A stretch of 59,322 nt of DNA, filler included, from Globobulimina sp. (taxonomy: Eukaryota): the NCBI GenBank assembly GCA_003354225.1. It is 8 parts of 8 records of this genome, joined end to end, with 100 filler letters (N's around TTAATTAATTAA, not from the genome) between each part and the next. Parts side by side here need not be neighbours in the genome. Positions count along the whole stretch, not along the records: positions 37,205 to 44,524 come from PIVH01000167.1; positions 44,625 to 51,925 come from PIVH01000168.1; positions 52,026 to 59,322 come from PIVH01000169.1; 5 more parts are not named here. The stretch is one strand, 5' to 3'. Of the stretch, positions 41,196 to 53,626 are shown in pieces. The notes under the pieces were generated by a model. It was not told where the DNA came from, searched no databases, and was given only the letters and a program-made list of their open reading frames with translations. Made by a program: the position numbers and the translations under genes. The stretch's first letter is position 1, and each line of letters opens with the position of its first letter.

Positions 41196-43901
41196 ATGCA
41201 TATGCTTTTATTATTATTTCTTTTTTTTGGATTAATTTTCAACGATGTGTATGCTCATCTTATCCAACCTCGATCATCCCGATCATTGCTGACAACCGCA
41301 AATGCACAACAAAAAAAAGAATTTGAATCTATTATAATTCATTATGCAAATCAAACTCACGCAATTGATAGTTGTTTAAATCCAAAACAAATCGAATGCA
41401 ATCATCAAAATTTGGAGTATTATCCCACAGGAACTGGCTTTATGAATGAATGTAATGGCTATGAATGTTATCCTCGAATTGCATTAGAATGCATCAGCAC
41501 AATTTTAAATCGATGCACAGGGACCATTTTAGAATCTGATAGCTGGAAATTTGCTGATTGGCGATTGTTACAAAATAGTTTATTAGAGATCGTAGAACAA
41601 TTTCCCGACACTATGAATGAGTATTATGTTATGGCAGAACATGTAATATTTCGAGCTAGTTTGCTTGGCACAGAGCGTAAATTACTGTTTGATGCCATTT
41701 CTATTTGGTGTTCAATGATACCTGTATGTATTGAGGGTGTTACTATTCAGAGTAAAACTGCATTGGTATTACAGAATAAATCTAAATTTGCAGCGCGTTT
41801 ATCTATGGCATCATTAATGGTTGAAAATACTCGGCATGCACTTATTCCAATGCGTAATATGTCTGACATAATGTGCAGTAATGTAGTATTCCCAGGCAAT
41901 ACAATCGTAGGTTTAGCCGACACTTTTCGTTTTTTAAAAAGCTTTAGCCAACATATTGCGCAAAATCGCTCAATTAAAAATAGTATCATTTTTAGGTTAC
42001 ATCATCAAATAAATCAACAAGTGAACAATTTGAAAACCTTCCTAACGAATTACGAATCATTCCTAGTATCTCCAATTACGAAAGAGCTGATTAGTTATTT
42101 TATAGATTTTAGTAATGAGATTTATAATGAATACCCGCAATTAGATGCAGTGCGAATATCTAGATATTATAGTTCAGTGATAAAAGCGATTGATGGTAAC
42201 GTACAATGTCATGGTTATGAATGTTATCGTGAGGTTGTTAGGAGCTACATTTATGAAATATTAGTTTTGGCGCCAAGATTAGGCAGAGCATGGTTTGAAA
42301 AGCAAGGGCAATGGCTATGGAATGATTGGCTTGAACTATATGATTTATTTGATGATTGGTATGATGGCACGTTTACAATCGGTGCATATTATAATATAAT
42401 ATCGCAGGAACTTTCCCGTTTGCAAAAGGTTCGATTTGAAGGGTTACTTGTTGCAAACTTTAGGGATGATGTATTTGCTTGGGCAGATTTTATGGGTTCC
42501 TGGTTTGGAAAATGGATTCCAAAATTAATGGATGCTGAACTGAACAGAATGAAAAACAGGATGGCGAACCTTGAAAAAACTGATGCTGATTTTGAATTAT
42601 ATTGTGACAAAATTAGAGTTTATCCAATTACCGCATGGCTTATGATGAAAAGTTATGGTAAATTGTGTGAGAAGGATGGTATCATAAATATTCCTATTCA
42701 CATGTTCCCGACGCAGCATTTAGATGATTTTGCTGACTATATTTTAAACACCGTCGCATCAAAAAATAATGAGACAATTAATTGGAATGAATATTTACAA
42801 TTTATTGACGTTAATTACATTCAAGCATTGCAAGCATTAATGCCACAGTTTACAAATACAAATGTGCGAAAATTGGTGAGGTGTATCATTAATTTGTCAT
42901 TTTTTTATGTGAGATCTCTGACCAGTGATAATTTTCAAGTTAATAATATTGCGGGTCGTGGAGCATACGGTGTTGTATTCAGTGTCGTGGATACAGTGTC
43001 AAACAATACTTATGCCATGAAACAATTTGATAGTTTGTCTCGTTGTCTTCATGAACAACATATGATTCAACAGATAGGATTATTAAATATTAGCACCATA
43101 CCAAAAATACGTCAGCAAAATGTAACAAATTGCGCTAAAACGCAATCGTTTTTAATGGATTTTATTGATGGTGTTTCTTTGAGAGAGTTACATGTACAAC
43201 AAATACCAAACAATATAAGCACAATTGATCGTTTTTTATTGCATTTTAAAACGCAAATTCTTGTTCAAACACAATATGGAATGTGTGATAAATCGTATTT
43301 TATTCATGGGGATTACTCGGATAATAATGTAATGGTGGATAAAAATGGTGATTTTTGGTTAGTTGATTTTAGCAACGCAGACGATTTACAAAAGCCATCC
43401 GACGATATTGTTATGTTAGGGACCATGATGTTTTATTCACCATCATTTTATAATTTGCAATGGGCAATAATACAAAAAAAAGCATGGGACCAGAATGCTG
43501 CAAAAGTTGTTGCAAATGCAGGGGAAACATATTCCGCATTATTGGTTGGCTTATACGTTTCTGCGAGATTATGCAACGAGGCCAATGGCAATGATACAAG
43601 TGATATGAATGGTTTTTGTGTTTATGAGGATGGAGCTGCATTGCCAGATAAAGCTAAGAAAATATTAAAAACATTATATACTGAATTACGGCAACATGGA
43701 CAAAAAATAAATGGCATATATAAAAGACATGAATTAATGAAAAATGAGGGCAAAGTGGCTTTATTAGCAATGCATCGATTTGTTTACAATCAATGCAATG
43801 CTTTATCTGCCAATGTATTGGAAAGAAGTATGATTCACAAATTTGTCTCGATGATATCTGAGTATTTGTCGCATTTTGTACATTACATAGCAATGGATTG
43901 A
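41196..43901 (+). CDS. signal-peptide-bearing protein kinase with a duplicated N-terminal helical domain
   Basis: MHMLLLLFLFFGLIFNDVYA signal; GRGAYGVV, YAMK, IHGDYSDNN, DFS, GTMMFYSP. Confidence 0.85.
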   Translation: MHMLLLLFLFFGLIFNDVYAHLIQPRSSRSLLTTANAQQKKEFESIIIHYANQTHAIDSCLNPKQIECNHQNLEYYPTGTGFMNECNGYECYPRIALECISTILNRCTGTILESDSWKFADWRLLQNSLLEIVEQFPDTMNEYYVMAEHVIFRASLLGTERKLLFDAISIWCSMIPVCIEGVTIQSKTALVLQNKSKFAARLSMASLMVENTRHALIPMRNMSDIMCSNVVFPGNTIVGLADTFRFLKSFSQHIAQNRSIKNSIIFRLHHQINQQVNNLKTFLTNYESFLVSPITKELISYFIDFSNEIYNEYPQLDAVRISRYYSSVIKAIDGNVQCHGYECYREVVRSYIYEILVLAPRLGRAWFEKQGQWLWNDWLELYDLFDDWYDGTFTIGAYYNIISQELSRLQKVRFEGLLVANFRDDVFAWADFMGSWFGKWIPKLMDAELNRMKNRMANLEKTDADFELYCDKIRVYPITAWLMMKSYGKLCEKDGIINIPIHMFPTQHLDDFADYILNTVASKNNETINWNEYLQFIDVNYIQALQALMPQFTNTNVRKLVRCIINLSFFYVRSLTSDNFQVNNIAGRGAYGVVFSVVDTVSNNTYAMKQFDSLSRCLHEQHMIQQIGLLNISTIPKIRQQNVTNCAKTQSFLMDFIDGVSLRELHVQQIPNNISTIDRFLLHFKTQILVQTQYGMCDKSYFIHGDYSDNNVMVDKNGDFWLVDFSNADDLQKPSDDIVMLGTMMFYSPSFYNLQWAIIQKKAWDQNAAKVVANAGETYSALLVGLYVSARLCNEANGNDTSDMNGFCVYEDGAALPDKAKKILKTLYTELRQHGQKINGIYKRHELMKNEGKVALLAMHRFVYNQCNALSANVLERSMIHKFVSMISEYLSHFVHYIAMD

Positions 43902-43925
43902 AAATAGTCATTACAGATTATATAA

Positions 43926-44524
43926 TTATACATTGCGGTAACAATGTGGTTTATTTTCTTGTTCGTCAATTTCATTAAAATCAGTTAAAAAAATGCTATC
44001 TCCTTTCAAATATGTAGTATGCATTCCAGCAACCAAATAATATGTTTTTTCCAACTGTAAATTCCTAAAAGCAATTCCTTGATCACTCCCATTTACTGAA
44101 TATCCCATTTCTTGTTTTTCAAAATCAACTCTCATTTCAATCACATCGCCGGCACCCCATTCAATTCCATATTCTTCCTGTTTACCTAAATGGCATTTCT
44201 TACCGTAACGTCCATCATATCCATAATCTATATCCCAATAATAAGCATCAACATTCCTGTTTGAATGAATACCAATGAACATTCCATTCCTTCTTTCCTT
44301 GCATGTCAACCTCCATTTATATTTATATTTATTTTTGCCGCTTGCCTCAATTCCTATACTTCCAAATGCATTTTCGCCATCATCATAACCACCACCTTTG
44401 CTTGTAACAGTTTTCCCATTCTTGGAGATTGTAAGCCTTTTATCCGCAATTTCGAATGTGTCTACAATATTTTTATAATAATCGCCATAATAATTATAAC
44501 AAATTTGATTAATGGATATTGGGA
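43926..44524 (-). CDS. SPRY/B30.2 domain protein (5' truncated)
   Basis: WRL...MFIGI, WGAGDVIEMRVDF, YSVNGSDQGIAF. Confidence 0.75.
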
Positions 44525-44629
44525 NNNNNNNNNNNNNNNNNNNNNNNNNNNNNNNNNNNNNNNNNNNNTTAATTAATTAANNNNNNNNNNNNNNNNNNNN
44601 NNNNNNNNNNNNNNNNNNNNNNNNATAAA

Positions 44630-46237
44630 ATGAGTGGGATTAAGCTAAAAAACACTGGAATTGAAGATGCCACCCAGGGAGTTGTCACAGTGCATCACCA
44701 CAACCGGCAACTACCAAATTACTGCCATTCGACGCAATACGCAGACTTTTCCTCTATGGCTGACATATTAAAACAGCACTTGTTGGACGCCTGCGACAGA
44801 TTAAACTTCCAATATCCCTCCAAAATACAGGCTGAAGCAATCCCGCGTTGCTTAACTGCCAACAATGGCTTTTATCCCAATTTAATTGGGCAGGCACACC
44901 ATGGTTCGGGTAAGACCGCCACATTCACCTTAATAATGTTGCAACGCATTGATGAGACTCGCACGAAATTGCAAGGCTTAGTTGTGTTACATTCGCGTGA
45001 GTTAGCCATACAAACTTATAATGTCTTCATTGCATTGGGACAGTTTGTCGGTGGCTTAAAAGTTGTGTTGGCGATAAAGGGCGAAAATATCGCCAATCAA
45101 CCATGGACATCGCAAATATGCGTAGGGAATCCGGGCAGTATTATTGGTAAAATATTTAACGCGCAGAAACGCTCAAAAATCGGAATAAAGGGATTCTTAT
45201 CAGATTTCAAGGTATTTTTTTCATTGAAAACATTTTTAAGATGTTTGCCATAGTCATATCCGTACACATTACACGTTACATACGCACACAATGATGGATT
45301 CCATATGTAATTTGAATAAAACTTACTTTTGTAATGTGTACGGCTATGCTGAACGAGTCAAGCTTTGCAACGCTTGTTTTTGCCACAGATCTTAGTGGTG
45401 GATGAAGCCGATGAATTTTTGAAAACCGAAAGCCAGAAAAAAAAGAGAAGAGGGACCGCTTCAAAAAAAAACAACGGCTTTGGCAGTTTGTTCGATCAGT
45501 TAAAGATGATAACCACTGACATCACCAGCAATGTGTCGCGCTGTCAAACCTTATTATTCTCCGCCACGTACCCAGCGAGTGTCAAACATTTGGCGCACGA
45601 AATTGCGCCGGATTCAGTTATCATAAAAGTGGCACAGAAACAAGTGCAATTGGATAATATTTGCATATTTAAGATATTGTGTGCAGACGAAGTGGACAAA
45701 TTTAATACTTTGTTACGCGTCATGTCGTTGGCCAATATTGGGCAAATGATAATATTTGTCAATACAATCAAGAAAGCAAAGCAATTAATTGACGGCTTAG
45801 AAGCAAAGGAGTTGGGTATTGCGTGCAGCGCATTGTATGGCAAAGGAATGGATATCAAATTGCGGGATTTGACCATGGATCAATTCCGAAAGAATCAGAC
45901 ACAGTGTTTAGTGGCAAGCAATGTGATTGCACGCGGCATTGATGTGCCTGCAGTGGGTTTGGTGGTTAATTTTGAAGTTCCGATCAATTCCAACATGAAT
46001 ATAAGTAATGGCAAACATGAACTTACATTCGATTCGGAAACGTTTATGCATAGAGTTGGTAGGACGGGCAGATTTGGAGCGAAAGGTGTTTGTATTAATT
46101 TAATTGCGAGAAATGATAACATTGCGAATGACAGATTGGATAATATACAAAAAGAGTATGCGCTCAATATCCAACCGATTGATAATTCGGCAAAAGAGAT
46201 TAAAGAGAAAATACGCACTTGGTTGGCGCAATCGTAA
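44630..46237 (+). CDS. DBP5: DEAD-box RNA helicase, DBP5/DDX19-like
   Basis: PSKIQ Q-motif, NLIGQAHHGSGKT, SRELA, DEAD, FSAT, ARGIDV, HRVGRTGRFG. Intron 45212-45388 keeps the frame. Confidence 0.85.
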
Positions 46238-46825
46238 TTTAATTATTATTTTGACATTGACTTTTTTGATAATTCTATCTGTTTGATATTTAAACATAAT
46301 TATATCAGTCATCGGGATATTAAGTTATCTTTGCAGACTGCTGAAATAACGCACAGCAACTTGTCAATAACTGAAGTGGCAAATGGTTGAAAATTAGTCA
46401 CAGGATTATAACACAATGATATTAAATTGAAAACATCCATATATACAGTGCAGGCCAGGTCTATTTGTGTATGACATCATGTCTATATTGAATGAGAGGT
46501 CAACACAACTCCAACCAGCAGAATATACGAGTAACAAACAAAAAAACACAACGTACAGATAAACACAATGAACAAAAAAACAACAAATTTAAACACAAAA
46601 ACAAATTAAAAATCAATTAATACTAAAATAATAAAAAAAAACATATAAAAATAACAATATAAACTAAAAAATGTACACAAGTAAAACATAATAAAATTGT
46701 ATTCAAAATCATTAACATCCAACGCAAAATAGAATGCATTGTATACCTGCATAATATTGGCCTTGTTGTTGTAAAATGTAATCGATATCAAATAATGCAA
46801 TTCATTCAAGTCAAAATAGCTATAA

Positions 46826-48495
46826 CTAGTATCTACATCGACATTGATGCTCGCCGCATTCTGTACAAATATTTGTTTGAGGACCAGTAGGACTGACACT
46901 ATCTGGCGACGCTGCATCACTTGCTCTCATTTGTTGTCTATGGATCGCTGCTCGTTCCAATCGGTCATTTCCAACAAGCAATCTGCGATGCAATCTGTGC
47001 GATGGCTGCAACAAACCATTCGCTTGAAATTGCCGGTGATGATCCTGTCGCCGGTCACATTGTACTGGACCGCAACACTGCCATTGCTGTGGCTGGAAAT
47101 GCGGATTATGCATTGGCGCATTTTGCACACAATATGGGTGCGGGAATGAGTGAATATTATAATGTTGATGCATGCGATAATGTACATATTGATGTAGTGG
47201 ATACGGAGCAGGCCGTACATATTTATTACCAGTACTAAACAATGAACAATTGTCATTATACACAAATGGCAGGTTTCCCCATTCATCCACCTGGCAAAAA
47301 TCCACCTTTTCCTCAGCCAATGCATACTGTTCCACGTTGTCTGTTAGCATCGAGGTGGCCGAAGCTATGGAGATATTATCCTGATATCGCTGGTGTAGCA
47401 TTGAATTATATTCACAGAGACATATGTTTAATAATAGTTGGCGTAAATCTTTCACCTTTGTGCTATTCGCAGTTTGTTTAATATGCTTAGCATTCAAGTT
47501 TGGATGGAATTGGTTTAATACATCCTGTAACTCGTCGCAACCAAATAAAGTGCCCGCAGGCAATAACCATCTCGCCGCAGCCAAAGGAAATTGAATTTTT
47601 CTGGTCAGGAAGGTCTGGGCAAATTCAATCTTTCCAAGGCCGAAATCTGTGGACAGCAATCTGGCTTTAAACAGCTTTACAAAAACATGTGTTATTTATG
47701 GTTGAATTGCAAGTATTTTGATATGGTACCTCGACGATTTCAGTCAAGCATTTTGCGAAAAAGGCGCCATCATATTTTTTGAACCAATCTTCTTGAGAGT
47801 TCCTGCATCGTTTCCTATAATCTTTGAATTCCATAACAACGGTCAAGCCGCATTTTTTCGCGTTTTTCTTATATTGCAATTTGTTGAAACTAGGCCCTTT
47901 CCAGTTATTTATTTTGGTTTCTTGTTTGCGTAATAAGTCATTGATAACCTGCGATATGTCCAATTTACCGATATTTTCGTACTTATTTGTCACCTTTGGT
48001 TGGCGTGGCAATATGTATAGAGATGGAGAGGTTGGATATTGTAGAGGGAATATAAGGGCATTGGGGCCAAACTTCATTGAATATCTTAATTAATTCAGCT
48101 GCGCGTTTTCTGGCGTGATCCTGACTGCGTTTCTATAGAAAGTTGTATGGTGTTTATACTTTGTACGGTATATTGTGGATATTACATACGATTAAATCGG
48201 ATTTAATGTGCGGTGTAAGCCACAATGAATAAAAGGATTTGAGTAATTGTAATGCTTTGGATGGTATGTCAACGCCTTTTGGTGGCACTTGGAAATTATT
48301 TGCCATTTTAAATTCACGTAATTGATCCAATTTATTTGTTATTCTGTCCACTGAACATTGTTGATTCGCTTTATTGCTTGGATGCTCTGGAATTAATGGT
48401 AGCGAATAACATACTTCTGCAGCTAAACAATTTTTAGAGTTTGCATAGTAATCGCCTAAGATGCATGCCGTCTGTATGGAATATTGTGTGTCCAT
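46826..48495 (-). CDS. three-exon hypothetical protein
   Basis: ORFs 48154..48495, 47667..48077 and 46826..47659 are joined by plausible GT-AG introns at ~48135-48190 and ~47673-47729. Confidence 0.55.
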
Positions 48496-48611
48496 CGTTT
48501 ATTTTTGTTTTGCGCTGGGAAAATCTTATGGGCACAAGAAAAGCAGTTATTTACAACTCCATTAAAAATTAATGCATAATTAAACTTCAAAATTCAAAAA
48601 CCCACAAAAGC

Positions 48612-51600
48612 ATGGCAGCTGCGAAGGTGGAATCGAAAGACAATATCGATCAAGTTTTTGTGGTTGGTTACAATTACGGAGGGGAGTTCGGGCTCATGCA
48701 CACCAACAATATTAGTGAATTAACAGAATGGACACAAAATATATCTATAAAAAGAATAAATTGTGGCGCTTATTTCACCATTATAACAGACCACAATAAT
48801 GATTTTTGGTGTGCAGGAAGGAATGACTGTGGTCAATTAGGTCTCTGTCATTCTAACAACACGGTCCAACAATTCGTACAAAATCAGTATTTCCGTAAAA
48901 AGAATATCAATATTAAATCAATAATGACAAATGTATCCTGCTATTCTACATTATTCCTATCCCAAACAAACAAACTTTATGAGTGTGGTTACAATTCTTC
49001 CAATCAACCCGTATTAATCGATAATGTAACAAATATCAAAGATGCCCAAAGGTGCTATTATTTTACCATATTATTAGATAATAATGGAATCGTATCTAGT
49101 CGTTTGCAAACTGGCGCAGATGGAATATATAACTTTTCGAATACAAATAGCAGTGGATTTCATCCGATACCATTCTTTCACAATAAAAGAGTAACACAAA
49201 TATCAGTTGGTTATCCGCATGCTTTATTCATGGATTCTCGAGCCAATATCTGGTGTTGTGGTAGGAATGATTGTGGCCAATTGGGATTGGGACATTATAC
49301 ACATTCACAAAATCCACAATTGATTAAATATTTTGCGGATAATTCCATTACAATCACTAAAATGTGTTCTGGTGCCCACCATAATTTATGTGTTGATGAG
49401 AGTGGCATCGTATATGCATTTGGCTTGAATAATTATGGCCAATGTGGTTTGCCAAAGGACATTAACAAAACCCATACACCCATTAAAATTTATACTTTAA
49501 GCAAACACAAAATCATTGACATAAAATGTGGTTCTTCTCATTCTTACTGTAAAAGCGATGCTGATAAACATTGGTTATTTGGTTACAATGGAGACAATGA
49601 ATGTACTTTAACCGCATCCAGGAGTGGTAGACACATATTTGATCCGTTTTGTATCAATGAGACAGTGCGTAAAACAACAAACGGGAAGCAAATAAAAGAA
49701 GTATATGTCGGTAACCAAAACACATGGATTATAACACTGCGGACTTACTCAGTTTTTGATGATGCCAAAGTCGAAGAGATATTAAATAAAAACAACGCGT
49801 CGTTGCAAGAGACCAAAGACCTCATCGCTGAGTTAGACAATGCGTTTTCAGACAATTCCGATTCAAAGGATGAAGAGAATGGAAGTGCAGTACCAAAGGA
49901 AATGTGTGATTTTTTTAGCTCCGTTCAGGAGGATTTGGGCAATATTGCTGAGGCACAGTCCCAACTTCAAAACACGATGGAATTATTTAATCAAATCTCG
50001 CAACACAAACCGGATGATTATGATTCAAATCCCGACAGTAAAGCTTTGTGGGACTCCATATTAGAAAACACACAAAACACAATGCAGGATATCGAAATGG
50101 TGCAGGATATGCGAGATGATTATATCGGAGACATGGTCGAGATTACAGAATGTATGAATAAGGTAGAAAGTGACGAGGATAGCATCCAATTAACAAAGCA
50201 AATCAAGGCAATGAGTGCTGCGCAACAACGATATAAAGCGAAAATTGTGGAGGCCACACAGAATGCGTTGAAATCGTTGAAATCATTCATGACAGAAAAG
50301 GTTAGCAAAGAAGAAGTGGATGGGATTAATAATGACATTATAAAGTATCAAAAATTGAATTTTGATGCTGATAAAGAGATCAATACATTGCACATCAACA
50401 AAGCAATGGAGATTAAAAGCATTAACGCCGAGATTGAGAGAGAAGCCGTCGAATTAAATAGAATTAAGGCGCGAAGGGAAGATATTGAAGAAGAATTGGA
50501 TCGTTTTAGAAGGCTGAAAATTGGCAGAAAAGATTTTGTGACGATGAGAGAGTTAAAGTGGACTCGAGAGAATTTGCGAGCGGTTGAATGTAAATGTACG
50601 CGCTATAAACGATGTGCGTCGATTCACGTGAATCATATTAATTGTTGGGCGGTTTGGCAGTTTGCAAATAGTTCGACGACATTAGAAGGCGAAGAAAATA
50701 AACTGAATGAAGAGAATACTGCATTGGAATTGGATCAGCATAGAGTTGCATTGGAAATAGATTATTATACTAAAAAGAAAGCGCAGGTTGGACGGGAATA
50801 TGAGCAGAAAATAGCTGAACAAACTCGCAAATCGACTGAGTATCAAAACAAATTCCAACAATCAATGACTGAGTTGGATAAAACAATTAAGGTATGACAC
50901 AATAAGAAATTCAATAAGTGTGAATAGTGCGATATTGCGAGCTAATTATATACGTACAGAATATTTTTGAATTTCATATTATATTATTCTACCTTCAGAA
51001 AACGGGAGTGAGTAAGGGTAAATTGACAGAGTTTGTCAATTTAACCCAGAGTGTGATGCCGTCATTGATGAAAGATCAAGAATCAATGAATCGATTATCA
51101 ACAAAATGTACCGCATCATATACAATGTTCATTACTGGGATACAACCGGCGAGGAATAAATATGAAATTCGCAGATATCTTTCTGAGACAAATCAATATG
51201 AACAATTTTTAGATGTGTATATTAGCGCATTGTCGCAGGCCAATATTACATTTATGCATGAAATGCAATGTGATGATGAGGACACATTTAATGATAAAAT
51301 ATTATCTGTATTGAAAAAGAGATTTGTATATTTTGCATCGAATAATAGCGGTGTTTATGGGTCATTTCGTATGAATGGCATTGATTTACCAACCAAAGTT
51401 ATGAGGATATTTGCAAATATATGTTGTAATAATAAGCATTGGGGAGAATGGTGTATGAGTTCGGACATTGGCGGCGCTGCGATGAGAAGAAAAACCAAGA
51501 AATTCACATCTACCTTTGGTAGTATTTTAGGTAAATTCCAAAAAAAGAAAAAAGTTAAACAAATCTCGCAAACTAATTATGTTTTATCAGCATTGGATGT

Positions 51601-51925
51601 GAAAAATGGAACTGTGAAATGTTTAGATAATGATTTCAAAGAAATGGAGTTTAAATTAGATAAAAATGATAGGGATTTGATTAAACAAATTACCGAGACA
51701 CATAATATCGGTTTGGAAATGAAAGAGGACGTTTACATCACAGTGAAGGAGGTTTGTTATAGCAATAAAACTAAAAAACAGGCAGTGAGTAAAGCATTTA
51801 TTAAAAATGACGGCGAAACTAAAAAAATCAATGAGTTGGAAGCTAAAACGCAGGATTTAGACGCTAAAAATCAGGATTTGGATGCTAAAAACCAGGAATT
51901 AGACGCTAAAAATCAAGAAAAAGAC
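48612..51925 (+). CDS. RCC1-repeat beta-propeller + long coiled coil + eIF5A-C-like OB domain + heptad repeats (multi-exon, 3' truncated)
   Basis: Repeated WCxGRNDCGQLGL and GxxH motifs. Introns near 50590-50660 and 50892-50998. C-terminal (QDLDAKN)n at 51835-51925. Confidence 0.8.
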
Positions 51926-52572
51926 NNNNNNNNNNNNNNNNNNNNNNNNNNNNNNNNNNNNNNNNNNNNTTAATTAATTAANNNNNNNNNNNNNNNNNNN
52001 NNNNNNNNNNNNNNNNNNNNNNNNNAATTTTCAGTGTCTTGCTTCAATTCAATCCATTTCGCATAAATTCTTAAGATGAAAATCATTCGTTGAACGCACT
52101 CTGTTTCATTAATTGCCTTTTCTTTATTTATTTTGAATAATGCTGTATTTTTATGGTAATCGTTAACCATTTGAAGTGCTTTAAATATGTCCATTTTCGG
52201 ATTTTTCTTTTGTGTTTTTTGTTGTATATATTTAACATTTGTGCATTTGGCATATTTTGATGCATTTTTTTTACTTAAATTTAACCTTTGATTTTGTGTT
52301 ATCCATAATCTGGTCACTCAGACTCAGACTCAGACATCCTCCGTATCCACAAAGCTAAAAAAGTTTTCTTGTTTTTCTTTTTCTTCAGTTTAGATAATGT
52401 CTTCCGTAAAACAACGAATATGGTACAGGACATCAACTAAAATGAGATCTGGTCAATTTTTTGTATATGATTTATGCAAAGGTGGTGGGATATATCACAG
52501 TTAAAAAGTAACTTCATTAGAAAAAAAAACCAGAAAAAACATTGCGAAATAAAACCAAAACAAATCCCTTTT

Positions 52573-53535
52573 TTAAAACTGATCCGTTTCTTGCATTGCA
52601 ACATAACCATCCATTGTGTTTCTCTCTTTTCTTTCGAACATATATCTCAATCCAGAATATAATACACCACAAATTATTATCAATACCATAATAACACTCA
52701 TTCCAATCACAAATAAATCGTCATTTTGCTCTTCCGACACACTTTCATGAACATCAATAAACTCATTGTCATCCATCATCATCCCATCATCAATATTCAT
52801 GCCAGAAACATCACTTTCGTCATTACCGTAATACCATTGCTTCATTTTCTCCATTTTACCATGGCATCCTTTAACTGCATTCATTGCATAATCCGTCCAT
52901 GAATTATCTCCATCATAATCATAAATAATATCATCCATTGCCACAGTGGTCGACGGTACTAAATGCATATATTTTGCACCATTTTCTGTACCAAAATTAT
53001 TCAAAATATCTACCATCTCCATACCAGTTTGTTGCCCACACATTTCACCTATTTTACGTACAAAAAAGGTTCAGATTTGATGCGAATTTGCGTGGCATAA
53101 AAATCCGAACACTCAACTATTGCATAGATACATTTTTGGTGTAGACCACGATTCTGTGATAATACGTTGATTGTTACCGTTTGTTTTGACCGTGTAACTC
53201 CACGTATTACCATTTACTTTGTTTGATTCTTGTAAAGTAAATATCGTGGATGGTTGTGTCTGTTTCATCGATTCAATCATTAAAAATAAGGGTTTTGATG
53301 CTTGTTGAAATGGTAAAAGATCATTTGGTGTATCGCTAAAAAACGATGATGAAAACACATCATTATTGTTTAATATTGATTGTTTTGGTGTAAATGAAAT
53401 ATCTAATTTCATATCGTTTATTAAATCTGCAAATATGTTATCCATATCTTGCTGAGGTGCCATTCTTGTATCTAACCATAAGAAACGGCCAGATACCGCA
53501 TGATATAATGCTAATACAATAAAGAATTTCATCAT
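52573..53535 (-). CDS. two-exon type I membrane protein
   Basis: Signal peptide MKFFIVLALYHAVSG; C-terminal TM LFVIGMSVIMVLIIICGVLY; intron at ~53050-53140. Confidence 0.7.
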
Positions 53536-53626
53536 TATGCTACTAAGAATGGATAGGTTCAGCTAGTAACCAAAAACTTTAAATTTCCATCGCCATCAAG
53601 TACTCTTCCATATTGATATCGCCATC

